This document shows, one piece after another, positions 1 through 10,160 of a stretch of 25,803 nucleotides of DNA (the first letter of the stretch is position 1; every line of letters starts with the position of its first letter). Position numbers and translations under genes: made by a program. A model generated the notes under the pieces. That model was not told where the DNA came from, ran no database searches, and was given only the letters and a program-made list of their open reading frames with translations. The DNA is from a virus (lineage: Duplodnaviria > Caudoviricetes). The stretch spans positions 1 to 25,803 of the IMG/VR virus record IMGVR_UViG_3300034092_001533, one strand, 5' to 3'.

Positions 1-1756
1 CACCTGGCTGACCAAGTGTATTGTCTACGGGTGCTAGTGACTGTGCTGATCCAGCAGTTGGCGCAATTCTTGTAATTCCGTCATTATTAAATGACCATAC
101 ACCAATTCTGTTATAAATCTGGTTCCAGTAATTTTGTCCCACATATCCAGATCTGTTTTGGTACTCCTCAAATCCAAGATTGGTTCTGATACTACCGCCG
201 TACATCCACCAGTAGAAGTTTGTTGTAGATTTTGTTGGATATTTTGCAACAGCTTGAAGAATTCCTTGACGTGAGTAGCAATAATTCATATCTGTGAATT
301 TTGTTGCTGTTGCAGGGAATGTTAAGCTTGTTGTTTCACCAAAAGTATAGTCTATATCGAAGTAGAACATTCCTGTAGATGCTGTTGTTCCATCCCAGTT
401 ATCTGCTCCGTGTTGCCATAGACGCATCTTTCTTTCCTCTTGGAATACTTGAAGTTGTCTATTGTATCTTCTTCCTCCATCAGTTCCTGTGGCTGCGGCG
501 CTGTTATTAGTACCACGCCATCTTGTATGCCATCCCGCTGAGTTATCTGCCCATCCAGTATGAACTGTAGGTGTTGCAGCAGGTGATGCGAAGTTAGATC
601 CGTTGGTAAACATAATGTAAGCACGGATATTTGTATCAACGCTAGTGTCTGAATCTGGTCCTAGAACTGAGAAGTAATAGTTTCCAGAGTATCTTCCTAG
701 ATATCCAATTACGTGTCCGAATCCTCTTCCATATCTACCAGGTCCACCTTGCCATGACTGGTTAGATGAGTTTCCTACTGCTGAAGAAGCAAATGTTTCA
801 ACTCTTAAAGTTAAGTAGTTAAATCTCCATAGGTTAACAAAGTGTCCTTGGTATCCAGCTGTTCCTATTGATTGAGAGTTATTTCCCCAAACATATGCTC
901 CTACTGGCTCACCAAATCCAAATTGTGTATTATCATCGAGTTGTGACTGTGCGCCATCTCCTCTATATCTTTGAATTTCTGAATATCCAATATATTCACC
1001 TTGTGAGTAATATCTATCTTGTGCAACATTAATCTGTGTCTTTAATTGGAATGTATGTGCTGTCCAGTATTCTGCACCGTCTGATGTACTATCTGTATAC
1101 ATCCAAACAAGTAAGTACTGTCCTCTAATCCACATCACATCAGAGATGTGTTTTCTTGTACTTCCAATATCTGGTGATACTGAAATTCTAGATACCTGAA
1201 TGTCTACTGGCATTGGTGATGATGATCCAGAGACTCCTGCTGTAATTGTGTAAGGTGATGTTGATAGGTTTACAGAGGTATTTGATGCCACGTTAATAAG
1301 CTCTGCGTTTCCAAATGTTACACCCTCGTTTGTGTTAATTCCTGTTTCTATATCATAAGATTGTGTCATGTCTGACCATCTCATCCAACCTTGTGGTGGG
1401 CATGCAATCTTGTAAATCTGAATAAATCTTTGTGCTGGTTGTGTAGGGTCAACTTGATACACTGCAAAGTAGATGTTGTCTTGATCATCTTTTGCCAATG
1501 CTTGAAATTCTGGTCTATCTGAATTGTATTGGTAGTTTCCCTGTACTGAAAATTGTGTTGTAGCTACTGGTGCGTTCTCTTTACCATTTACGATAAGATC
1601 GCATCGAATAATGTGTCTTTCGGTATCAATTTCTTGTCCCATGAATAGCATTAATTCGGCTCCGTCGTTTGTGTGAATGACAGATCCGTGTCCTGAATAG
1701 TTTAAGTAGTCTGTTTGCCTTGGCCCAGTTACTACAAATTGTTTTGTTAGTGGCAT
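1..1756 (-). CDS. Large virion/tail-associated protein, truncated by the window edge (>585 aa, starts MPLTKQFVVTGPRQ)
   Basis: Absent from the ORF track because it has no stop in the window. ATG at 1756 follows the SD AAAGGAG and the frame is open to position 1. Rich in W/Y/G/N/T, beta-strand-like, and at the end of the tail gene cluster. Confidence 0.8.
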   Translation of the reverse strand, partial: MPLTKQFVVTGPRQTDYLNYSGHGSVIHTNDGAELMLFMGQEIDTERHIIRCDLIVNGKENAPVATTQFSVQGNYQYNSDRPEFQALAKDDQDNIYFAVYQVDPTQPAQRFIQIYKIACPPQGWMRWSDMTQSYDIETGINTNEGVTFGNAELINVASNTSVNLSTSPYTITAGVSGSSSPMPVDIQVSRISVSPDIGSTRKHISDVMWIRGQYLLVWMYTDSTSDGAEYWTAHTFQLKTQINVAQDRYYSQGEYIGYSEIQRYRGDGAQSQLDDNTQFGFGEPVGAYVWGNNSQSIGTAGYQGHFVNLWRFNYLTLRVETFASSAVGNSSNQSWQGGPGRYGRGFGHVIGYLGRYSGNYYFSVLGPDSDTSVDTNIRAYIMFTNGSNFASPAATPTVHTGWADNSAGWHTRWRGTNNSAAATGTDGGRRYNRQLQVFQEERKMRLWQHGADNWDGTTASTGMFYFDIDYTFGETTSLTFPATATKFTDMNYCYSRQGILQAVAKYPTKSTTNFYWWMYGGSIRTNLGFEEYQNRSGYVGQNYWNQIYNRIGVWSFNNDGITRIAPTAGSAQSLAPVDNTLGQPG

Positions 1757-1768
1757 TTATTTCTCCTT

Positions 1769-2323
1769 TTAAATTGCTCCCATTAGCGAGAGGATTTGTG
1801 TTCCTGTATCAGATAGTTTTCCCCATCTAACACCTGAAGTTTCTGTGGAATCTGCAAGTAATGCGGTTCCGTCGCTACCTACGGCAACCCTTACAGGGTT
1901 GGAATTTGCCGTCGAAGCAATTATATCACCTTTCGTTGTAAAGGTCGATTTCTGAACCCTTGCATTTAAGGCTGTTGTTACTGTAGAGGCGAAGTTTGAA
2001 TCGTCTCCAAGTGCTGCTGCTAATTCGTCTAGTGTATCTAGAGCTGCTGGAGCACCTAAAACTACTGAGTTGTAGTAATTCTGAAGATCTGTTAATTTTG
2101 TAGCACCTGCTGAGTTTACAGCTGAAATTTGTGAGGTACCAGCGGCTTGTACTAAGCCAATCTGTGTTGTTCCTGTTGATTGAATATCTGCTACAACAAG
2201 GTTTCCTACTGTTGATTGTACAGACTTTGATATAAGCAACAAGTCCTGTGGAGTTGTGCTTGATGTTACTGCATTAAGTTTTGCTTGCAGTACCGTTTCA
2301 TAATTAGTAAAGCTTAGTGTCAT
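1769..2323 (-). CDS. Tail fibre-related protein
   Basis: Contains the common tail-fibre motif GAPAALDTLDELAAALGDDSNFASTV and a C-terminal TTKGDII...VGSDGTALLADS...GVRW module. Confidence 0.8.
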   Translation of the reverse strand: MTLSFTNYETVLQAKLNAVTSSTTPQDLLLISKSVQSTVGNLVVADIQSTGTTQIGLVQAAGTSQISAVNSAGATKLTDLQNYYNSVVLGAPAALDTLDELAAALGDDSNFASTVTTALNARVQKSTFTTKGDIIASTANSNPVRVAVGSDGTALLADSTETSGVRWGKLSDTGTQILSLMGAI

Positions 2324-2329
2324 ATTTAA

Positions 2330-2358
2330 ATTTTACCATCCCTTTTCTGCTCTGTCAA
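2330..2358 (-). promoter_or_regulatory. sigmaA/sigma70-type promoter, leaderless start
   Basis: TTGACA(2358-2353)-17 nt-TAAAAT(2335-2330) with TG extension; ATG 6 nt downstream; no SD. Confidence 0.75.
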
Positions 2359-2413
2359 ACCCTTGGTCGAAAGGCTTTTAGAGACTGTTTTTGTGTTTTC
2401 TTGCTTCATAATA

Positions 2414-3289
2414 CTAGTCTGTTAAGGCGTAGATAAGCGCCTGTGGGCTGTTAGCCTCCAGGATGTCTAATCGTCCGTCTAGATCATTTAGCGATGCTGA
2501 TATCGTTGATAATCCAGTTCCTGTAAGAGTTGTATTAATTTCAACTATTGCTGCATCTTTGGCTGTAGTGATTGCTGTTGTAGCAGTGGTTGTAGCAGAA
2601 GTTGCTGCATTCTGAACCGCTGTTATAGATGTAGACTGCTGACTGGAAACAGCATTTACAGATGTTGTCTGTTGTGCTGATACAGCATTTACGGCATTTG
2701 TTTGAGCAGTGCTTGCTGCTGTATTAATATTGTTAATTGCGGTAGTTGTAGCAGAGTTAATTTCTGCAAGCTTTTGTGTTACAAGGTCAATAATGGCCTG
2801 TGTATTAATGCCACCCAGTTGTGCTAAAAGTGCATTTAACTGTGTTGTGGCTGTTGCCACATTTGAGTTATATGTAGATAGGGCTGAGTTTGCAGTTGTT
2901 TGAATAAGACCCTGTTGATACAGACCCTCTGCAACTACTTTACCTAATGATAAATTTTGCGTGGCCGCTTCTAAGGCCTTCATTTGAATTAAAAGTTCTT
3001 TTGAGTCAACAATGATTGTTGCTACTCCTGATGCTCCTGTTACCGCTGTGCCAGTGGCTGCATTTGTAACTGTAAACTGTGTAGGAGACTTTGTTGCTAC
3101 TGTAACACCCTGTAGGTTAAATGCTGCTGTAGACAGTCCAGTAATTGTTATTGTCTGTCCTACTGCAAATGCGTTGTTTGCTGTATAGGTTACTACACCA
3201 CCTGCTGCTGATGCAGCGGTTACTGTTGCAGTAAGCGAATTAAGCTTAGCATTGATTGTTGCTTCAAGATTTGTGAAATTAAGTGACAT
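2414..3289 (-). CDS. Ala/Thr-rich coiled-coil virion protein, paralogue of 1769..2323
   Basis: N-terminus MSLNFTNLEATINAKLN resembles MTLSFTNYETVLQAKLN; long A/T/N/Q-rich helical tract. Confidence 0.7.
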   Translation of the reverse strand: MSLNFTNLEATINAKLNSLTATVTAASAAGGVVTYTANNAFAVGQTITITGLSTAAFNLQGVTVATKSPTQFTVTNAATGTAVTGASGVATIIVDSKELLIQMKALEAATQNLSLGKVVAEGLYQQGLIQTTANSALSTYNSNVATATTQLNALLAQLGGINTQAIIDLVTQKLAEINSATTTAINNINTAASTAQTNAVNAVSAQQTTSVNAVSSQQSTSITAVQNAATSATTTATTAITTAKDAAIVEINTTLTGTGLSTISASLNDLDGRLDILEANSPQALIYALTD

Positions 3290-3322
3290 ATTTACCTCTA
3301 TAGAAGTATAGCATTACTGGCA

Positions 3323-4213
3323 TTATAAGCCAGCAAGTACTAGGGCTTCTAAATCCTCCAGTTCCGCCTTTGTGGCAAATTGACTTGTATCGGCTGAGCT
3401 AGTTTGTACGCTGTTATCGGCAAACCTGATTCCGCCTGATCCTACCTGTACTGTTCCAGTAAAAGTTGGGTTATTGATTGTTGCATAGATTGTTGAAATG
3501 TCGACATCTTCCCAGAGGCCAGTGGTAGAGTTAAATAGTATTGCTGATCCATTTACTGGACTAGTTATTGCAACATCATGAAGCTCACCTATCTCAAATC
3601 CATTTTGAACCTTTACAAATATAGATCCTGTGTTCTGCTGTGCTCTTGTTACTATTCCAACAAACACCATATGTGCTGGAGCAACTGGTTTATTGGCTAC
3701 TCCAAAAATTAATGATCCTGGTGTTGACCCAAGCCATACTGGGTCTCCTGGCTGGGCAGCAGATGTATCTATACCCTCGATAAGACCTTCTGTTATTACG
3801 GTTCCTATAGCGCCGTCGGATATTGTATCTTCTAATATTCCAAATGTTTTTGATGATGTTGATTCTGATGAGTTTGATGAAAGAGTAACTCTTAACTGCC
3901 CAGATGAACCAACAGCTCCTGAAGCATATACAGCTTGACCTTTAAATAAAGTTGAACCAGTATTATTTATAACTTCTTGAGATATTTTTGATGCTGCTGT
4001 AACTGTAGCTGCAGCAGCGGATAAAACAATTCTATTGTTTGCATCATCGTAGGTAGCGCTTACATTTGTATGTAGGTTATGTGTAAATAAAGAGGCAACA
4101 TCATCTTGAGCTTTTTCAACACTATTGTCTATTACTTTCCATGCTTCACCGTTCCAAATGTACCCTTGGTATACCTGGTTTAGCGTGGGGTTGGAAGGAA
4201 AAATTGTGGCCAT
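3323..4213 (-). CDS. Tail fibre/virion structural protein
   Basis: FPSNPTLNQVY..WNGEAW N-terminus and VINNTGSTLFKGQAVY and ELHDVAI modules typical of phage fibre proteins; cluster context. Confidence 0.7.
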   Translation of the reverse strand: MATIFPSNPTLNQVYQGYIWNGEAWKVIDNSVEKAQDDVASLFTHNLHTNVSATYDDANNRIVLSAAAATVTAASKISQEVINNTGSTLFKGQAVYASGAVGSSGQLRVTLSSNSSESTSSKTFGILEDTISDGAIGTVITEGLIEGIDTSAAQPGDPVWLGSTPGSLIFGVANKPVAPAHMVFVGIVTRAQQNTGSIFVKVQNGFEIGELHDVAITSPVNGSAILFNSTTGLWEDVDISTIYATINNPTFTGTVQVGSGGIRFADNSVQTSSADTSQFATKAELEDLEALVLAGL

Positions 4214-4227
4214 ATACTAATTATACC

Positions 4228-4932
4228 TCATTTAAATATTTTAGACCTTCTAAAAACCTTTTTATAATATCCAGTAATGCTTGTTCTTAATAGCCATTGC
4301 TGCTTATCTCGCTCCTGCATTAAATGCTCTGCTTTTTCCGATTTCCAGACTTCATCAGTCTTTATTGGAATAATTTGAACAATTGGGGTTCCAGCTGGAA
4401 TAATTCCAGTAAAGTCTTTTTTAATAAAAAACGGTACCTTTCCTTCACCCATATAGTTATCAGAATCAACTATTCCACTCAGGGTATAGAATGGCAGGTC
4501 CGTTCTATTAAGGGGATGAGTCATTAGTAGGCTATACCCCTTGGGCGCTTTAGCACCCCATTGTAAAACCCAATTAAACATATCTTCATACATTTCTGTT
4601 GGTCTTGGTATTTTAGCTCCCAGGTCTTTTGTTCTTTGAACTATAGGGTCTGGAGTGTTTGTCCAACTAATTTGTATTCCATTTTCTCCATTAGACACAT
4701 GTATGTCTGTCCAAAGCTCGTATATGTATCCGTGTACCATTGCATCTAGGTATGACATACAATGTTTTAAACCAGCATTTGTTGCATATCTATCTACCTG
4801 TAAACGATCTGCACCCATAAATAGTTCTGATTCTTTATACCAATCAGGTATTATGTTTTTTGCAGGATAGGGGGTTTTTAATAAATTTGAAACTTCTTTA
4901 TTTTTTGGTATAAAAAATATTTTTTTAAACAT
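4228..4932 (-). CDS. Conserved phage hypothetical protein (possibly DUF6065/dUTPase-like beta fold)
   Basis: Motifs KHCMSYLDAM, PKGYSLLMTHPLNR, GIVDSD and GTPIVQIIP recalled from aquatic-phage proteins found near tail genes; fold assignment tentative. Confidence 0.55.
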   Translation of the reverse strand: MFKKIFFIPKNKEVSNLLKTPYPAKNIIPDWYKESELFMGADRLQVDRYATNAGLKHCMSYLDAMVHGYIYELWTDIHVSNGENGIQISWTNTPDPIVQRTKDLGAKIPRPTEMYEDMFNWVLQWGAKAPKGYSLLMTHPLNRTDLPFYTLSGIVDSDNYMGEGKVPFFIKKDFTGIIPAGTPIVQIIPIKTDEVWKSEKAEHLMQERDKQQWLLRTSITGYYKKVFRRSKIFK

Positions 4933-4943
4933 TTTTTCCTATT

Positions 4944-5327
4944 CTATAGTTTATGATAGTTATTAATTTTATTTAATATGTCTTGCCAGTTCCATGGCTT
5001 TTCCATATTTAGTATATCAAAAAATGTCCACTTTGCATATACTAAATGTTCTGTTTTTTCTCTTCGTGGATCATTTTCTGGTAAAAATTGTAAATTTGGA
5101 AAAAATGAGCTATCTGCATAATGCTCCTCTATGTATGCCACCACGCAAGGTATACTAGAAACAGAAACACTTAATTCTCTCATAATGGCATTTCTATTTG
5201 ACTCTGCTTCTTCTGACCAGCCAAATGGTACGGAGACAACGTTTTCTGGAATTGTATTTAAAAGTTCTTGTTCATCTCCATATATATTATGAAAAAAATA
5301 TATTTTGTTTTTATCTATCATGTCCAC
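4944..5327 (-). CDS. Hypothetical protein
   Basis: 127-aa ORF overlapping the upstream stop; AT-rich. Confidence 0.6.
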   Translation of the reverse strand: MDMIDKNKIYFFHNIYGDEQELLNTIPENVVSVPFGWSEEAESNRNAIMRELSVSVSSIPCVVAYIEEHYADSSFFPNLQFLPENDPRREKTEHLVYAKWTFFDILNMEKPWNWQDILNKINNYHKL

Positions 5328-7126
5328 AATAGTTTCCTTGCTGTTCCTGCGCCTCCGCTGTTAATTGCAGAAGCATTTGGTGTTGGACCCATATCTGTTT
5401 TTACCATAACCGTTATTGATCCACCACCTGATGCTTGACCATGTGATGCACCTTGTGCAGTTATAGTTCCAGTTCCACCAGTTGAAAGTGTACCATTAAC
5501 AAAAATAATTAAAACTCCACCAGTACCAGTTACTGGAGAAGTTCCCAGCGCACCTGGATTATTAGTTCCGTAATAAGATCTTCCAGTTGGGTTTCCAGCT
5601 CCACCATTTTGTCCAGGAAAATTTGCATAATAGTTATGTGAGTCTCCTCCGTAACCACCGTTTGATTGTGCATCTGGGTTCATTCCACTAAAATATCCAG
5701 AAAATACATCTCCACCACCAGATCCACCGCTAAATGAAGTTCCAGCAGATCCGTTTCCTCCTCGTGAAAAATTTGTTGGCTGTACTGGAGTGTAATGTGA
5801 TCCACCAGCTCCACCACCAGTTCCTCCAGCTGTTCCTGCGCCGCCGTTGGTACCTGCTCCACTGTTACCCCATGCACCATCTGGATCTACTCCGCCAGTT
5901 CCCCCTGAACCACCAGATGCGGGAACTCTAGGGTTTGTAACACTACTATATGTACCAGTTTTAATTAAAATTTCTCCAGGGCTTATATTTGACCCACTTG
6001 TAGAATGGTTTGCACCACGAGCAGTCATAGAAATTTCTCCATTAAGAGTAAGGTCTCCATTAACGTAAATACATGTAAATAATTTTCTTTTTGATGGCTT
6101 AAATATTTGTCCAGTATTTATTGTTAAATTTCCTTCAATGTAGACAAAGGCCGATCTGCTATCTTCTGTAACAGTAAACCAGTCGTCTGATGAAAAATTA
6201 AATACTGTAAATGGTCCGTTTCTTTTAACATAATCATAAGATCCAAGTGAAACGCTATTTACTGATAGTGTTCCTCCAGCAGTTGGAATTCCAACAACTG
6301 CATCTGGATGAGAAAACGACTCTGCTGCGGTAAATAAATCTGGAACAGATTTATTTATTAAAAATGGCGCTATTGGAGTAACTGTTGTAGAACCGCTACT
6401 TAAAGATGTACCATTAGCATTTGTAGATGAAGCTGTTATTGTATAAGTAACTCCATTTGTTAATCCAGAAATTGTAATTGGAGATGAAGAACCAGAGGCA
6501 GTTATGTTGCCAGGGTTTGCTGTTATGGTATGAGATGTTATTGCTGACCCTCCAGTAGCACCAGGAGTAAAAGAAACAGAAGCTGATAAATCTCCTGGCG
6601 TTGCTGTTCCAATTGTTGGAGATTGAGGAACCGTTGTAACCGTAATAGAGTTTGATGCCAAACTTGGCTGGGATGCACCTTGTGGACTTGATGCAACAAC
6701 TGAAAATGTGTATGCCGTATTAGATTGTAATCCAGTTATTATTATAGGAATAGAGCTTGATGTTGTTGTTATTGCCCCTGGATTAGAAGTTGAGGTATAT
6801 GAAGTTCCAGGTACTACACCTGGTTCAAATGACAACGATACTTGTCCATTATTGTAAGGCCTATCACTACCTTGATTTGTTGCTACTAAATTTGTTACAG
6901 TATCTGGTAGTAAAATTAGGGATGTCCATGCAGAGTTTTTAAATATTTCTAGGCTTCCTGTTTCTGTATTTAAATAGTTTTCTCCCTCTACTGGAGACTG
7001 TGTTCTATTAGCAGTATTACCACTTTTTAATCCCATTTTATTTTGTGATCCTATAATAGTCTTACTCTCAAAAGTCTCTGTAGATTTTGGACCTTGTGGT
7101 TGTGAATTAGATAGATTTATTACCAT
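5318..7126 (-). CDS. Tail fibre/receptor-binding protein with two Fn3-like domains and a Gly-rich C-terminal domain
   Basis: ITGLQSNTAYTFSVVA and ISGLTNGVTYTITASSTNANG Fn3 signatures; Gly-rich tail. Likely start is ATG 7126 (TAATG coupling to the upstream stop) rather than 7141. Confidence 0.8.
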   Translation of the reverse strand: MVINLSNSQPQGPKSTETFESKTIIGSQNKMGLKSGNTANRTQSPVEGENYLNTETGSLEIFKNSAWTSLILLPDTVTNLVATNQGSDRPYNNGQVSLSFEPGVVPGTSYTSTSNPGAITTTSSSIPIIITGLQSNTAYTFSVVASSPQGASQPSLASNSITVTTVPQSPTIGTATPGDLSASVSFTPGATGGSAITSHTITANPGNITASGSSSPITISGLTNGVTYTITASSTNANGTSLSSGSTTVTPIAPFLINKSVPDLFTAAESFSHPDAVVGIPTAGGTLSVNSVSLGSYDYVKRNGPFTVFNFSSDDWFTVTEDSRSAFVYIEGNLTINTGQIFKPSKRKLFTCIYVNGDLTLNGEISMTARGANHSTSGSNISPGEILIKTGTYSSVTNPRVPASGGSGGTGGVDPDGAWGNSGAGTNGGAGTAGGTGGGAGGSHYTPVQPTNFSRGGNGSAGTSFSGGSGGGDVFSGYFSGMNPDAQSNGGYGGDSHNYYANFPGQNGGAGNPTGRSYYGTNNPGALGTSPVTGTGGVLIIFVNGTLSTGGTGTITAQGASHGQASGGGSITVMVKTDMGPTPNASAINSGGAGTARKLLWT

Positions 7127-8823
7127 TATTTCATCTTCCATCCATAAGTAGATCCAGTATATATAAATGATACTGAAAATCCACTTATATCTAATGATGC
7201 ATTGTCAGCAACACCATTTATTTTTTCACCGTTTCTATTTATAATAACATCGTTAACTGATGCATTGTTAGATGCATCTAAAATTTCTATTTCAGCTCCT
7301 AGTGCTGGTGTGGCTGGCAAAGTAAGGCTTCTGTCTCCTGTGGTATCTACAAAATATCTTGTGCTTGCCGATAGTGTTATGTCTGTAGATACTGATTGTG
7401 GTGATAGGCCTCCTGCAATGCTAGACCATTCTGTTGCATAATCTGTATTGCTTGATTTTACAAGATACTGTCCTGTAGATCCTCCCGCTGCAACACCTGG
7501 TCCTGTAGCACCTGTGGCACCTGTAGCACCTGTGGCACCTGTAGCACCTGTAGCGCCTTGAATTCCTTGTATTCCTTGTTCACCTTGTGGACCAGCTGGT
7601 CCTGTAGCGCCAGTTGCGCCAGTTGCTCCTGTTGGTCCAGTTGGCCCAACTATTTGTCCAGCATCTGTCCAACTAGTTCCATTCCAAACATAAAGATTTC
7701 CGTCTGCATCTACAATCCATGAATCTCCTATTGTATTTCCGCTTGAAGGTAAATTAATAACTGCAGCAACGCTACCCTTTAATGTGACTGATGCTCCAGC
7801 CTGTCCTTGTGGTCCCGTCGGACCTTGTGGTCCAGTTGGTCCTGTAGCGCCAGTTGCTCCTGTTGCTCCTTGTATTCCCTGTATTCCTTGTGGACCAGTT
7901 TCTCCTTGTGCACCAGTAGGGCCAGTAGCTCCTTGATTACCAGTTCTAGTAACAACAAATAACATATTGCTATTATTTGTTGGAATAGATGTAGAACCAG
8001 AAACATATGCTACTGGAACCTTATAATATCCAGAAGCGGAAGTTACTGATCCATTAATTGCAAAAACATAATTCCTAGATTCTGACTCACCACTTATTAC
8101 TATATGTCCCTTTATTGGAGAGCTTGAATCATCCCAGCTTCCCAACCAGTCAAACTGTGATGCAGATATTTTATCTGTATTGCTTATATAAATGTTTGTA
8201 ACAGTTAGTGGAACTGCACTATTAAGTTTAAAGTTTCCCGATCCAGGATCTGAATCTGTAGTTCCAGTTATAAAAGACCATTTTACTCCAGCAGAAGCAC
8301 CCGTAACACCTTGTATACCTTGTATTCCCTGCTCACCCTGTATACCCTGTATTCCTTGTGGACCAGTTGCGCCTGTTGCACCAGCAGGGCCTGTTGCACC
8401 AGCGGGACCAGTTGCTCCAGTTGGTCCGACTGGACCAGTTACTCCAGATACCTGTACCCAGTATGTTCCATCAAATACATAAAATTCTCCAGTTTCATTA
8501 TCAAACCATACTTCACCAGCTGATGAAGATGTTGGCGGGGTAAATTGTACTTTAACAGCTTCGTCTACAGTTAAAACAACACGATTATTATTATCATCGT
8601 ATGTGGCTGTTACATTGTTATGATTTGCATGATTAAAAAGTGTTGCTGTTGCATCTTGAATTTCTTCAGAAGTCAGTGATGATGATACTGGACCCCATGC
8701 GGTTCCATTATAGTATTTTAAAGAATTTAGGGATGTGTTGTAATATATATCCCCAGCAATAGCTGTCCCTGGGTCTTGGGCTAAAGCTACTAAATTTACA
8801 GGTAACTTAAATTTAATAGACAT
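7126..8823 (-). CDS. Collagen-like tail fibre protein
   Basis: Three Gly-X-Y tracts (GPT/GAT/GIQ/GEQ) separated by globular modules. Confidence 0.9.
   Translation of the reverse strand: MSIKFKLPVNLVALAQDPGTAIAGDIYYNTSLNSLKYYNGTAWGPVSSSLTSEEIQDATATLFNHANHNNVTATYDDNNNRVVLTVDEAVKVQFTPPTSSSAGEVWFDNETGEFYVFDGTYWVQVSGVTGPVGPTGATGPAGATGPAGATGATGPQGIQGIQGEQGIQGIQGVTGASAGVKWSFITGTTDSDPGSGNFKLNSAVPLTVTNIYISNTDKISASQFDWLGSWDDSSSPIKGHIVISGESESRNYVFAINGSVTSASGYYKVPVAYVSGSTSIPTNNSNMLFVVTRTGNQGATGPTGAQGETGPQGIQGIQGATGATGATGPTGPQGPTGPQGQAGASVTLKGSVAAVINLPSSGNTIGDSWIVDADGNLYVWNGTSWTDAGQIVGPTGPTGATGATGATGPAGPQGEQGIQGIQGATGATGATGATGATGATGPGVAAGGSTGQYLVKSSNTDYATEWSSIAGGLSPQSVSTDITLSASTRYFVDTTGDRSLTLPATPALGAEIEILDASNNASVNDVIINRNGEKINGVADNASLDISGFSVSFIYTGSTYGWKMK
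7502..7555. repeat. Six tandem 9-nt repeats (CCTGTRGCR) encoding Gly-Ala-Thr collagen units
   Basis: CCTGTAGCA CCTGTGGCA CCTGTAGCA CCTGTGGCA CCTGTAGCA CCTGTAGCG read directly. Confidence 0.9.
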
Positions 8824-8826
8824 TTA

Positions 8827-10134
8827 CTACCCTACTACTACTACCTTATAAGCTCCAGACGCAGGTGCTACTGCAAAAGATACTGTGGCAGCAGATGTAC
8901 TTGTTCTTACAACGCCAGCCTCTACTGACTCAAAAGTTGCTGAATCAAAAATCTGGACTGTTACCTCTCTTGTTCCAAGATTGTGTGTGATTGTAAATGA
9001 TGTTGCGGTACCGTCTCCTATAACCTCAGAGTGTTTTCTTGTTATAGCATGGTATGTTGTACCGTTATTTGTAAGTGTCCAGTTATCATTTGTCTCATTC
9101 CATAGAATTTCAACATCTGATTCTGATCCACGCTCTACTCTAATTCCAGCATCTGCTGTTGGTGTACCAGTAAAGTCTGTATTAAGGTTAATCTTATTAT
9201 CAACAATGTTTACCTGAGTAGTATTAACAGAGTTAATTGTTCCAGTTACGTTTAAGTTTCCGCCAACTGTTAAATTATTAGTAATGGATACGTCATTTGG
9301 TAATCCAATTGTTACGCTTGAGCCTTCTGATCCAGAACCAGTAACCTCAATCTCATTTGTAGTTCCTGTAATTCCAGCAACGTAATTTCCTGTTGTTTGT
9401 GTTCCAAGGTTTACGTTCTTTATTGATACTGCGCCAGATGATACTGTGAAATCTGCATCTGCGAATGAAGCAACACCCTTATTAGTTGTTGTTGCATCTT
9501 CTGCAGATACTGTAATTGTATTGTTTGTTACAGCTACATCTATACCTTCTCCACCAGATATTGTTAGTGTATCTGTAAGAAGATTTACTGTGTCTGTTCC
9601 AGTATCTCCTGCTATTGAAAGATTAGTTGCTACATCTACTTCACCAGCAGCGGTCAAACGACCTCTTGAGTCTACTGTGAATGTAGGAATTTTTGTTGTT
9701 GATCCATATGAACCAGCGGTTACACCAGTTGTAGGAAGATCAATGTTTACTGCTGCTGTTTCTGAACCAGAACCTGTAACTGTTATTGTTCCACCAGATG
9801 ATGCTAGTGTTGCTACATAGTCACCAGTTGTATCTGTGCCAAGTGCTACTGAGTTTGCATTGATTGTAGCATTAAGAGTAATTTCTCCAGCTGCATTAGT
9901 TGTTGCTGTTCCTGTAAGATCTCCACCAAGAGTAATGGACATTTGTCCAGATGAAACCCATGCTGTTCCATTGTAATAAAATAGTTTATTTGATGTTGAA
10001 TCGAAGTAGACTCGTCCTTTATATACGGTCTCTGATCCAGATGGTACTGTTGGATTTGAAGTAGCGTTTTCTATGCGGAGTTTCTGGATTTCCAGACCCG
10101 TCATATCTATCGACGTTAAAAATTTACGTGCCAC
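8827..10134 (-). CDS. Tail fibre/minor tail protein
   Basis: GTG start with SD AGGAG; motifs GVTAGSYG..IPTFTVDSRGRLTAA, GNLNVTGT..VDNKINLN and GIRVERG typical of phage fibres. Confidence 0.8.
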   Translation of the reverse strand: MARKFLTSIDMTGLEIQKLRIENATSNPTVPSGSETVYKGRVYFDSTSNKLFYYNGTAWVSSGQMSITLGGDLTGTATTNAAGEITLNATINANSVALGTDTTGDYVATLASSGGTITVTGSGSETAAVNIDLPTTGVTAGSYGSTTKIPTFTVDSRGRLTAAGEVDVATNLSIAGDTGTDTVNLLTDTLTISGGEGIDVAVTNNTITVSAEDATTTNKGVASFADADFTVSSGAVSIKNVNLGTQTTGNYVAGITGTTNEIEVTGSGSEGSSVTIGLPNDVSITNNLTVGGNLNVTGTINSVNTTQVNIVDNKINLNTDFTGTPTADAGIRVERGSESDVEILWNETNDNWTLTNNGTTYHAITRKHSEVIGDGTATSFTITHNLGTREVTVQIFDSATFESVEAGVVRTSTSAATVSFAVAPASGAYKVVVVG

Positions 10135-10160
10135 TGTTTATTACTCCTAGGTATTTAAGA

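Noticed and set aside
34-639. Track ORFs 34..249 and 352..639
   Set aside because: Alternative frames within the long unlisted ORF that runs from 1756 off the window edge
1-10134. Diversity-generating retroelement or invertible tail-fibre switch
   Set aside because: No reverse transcriptase, invertase, TR/VR pair or flanking inverted repeats seen in the window
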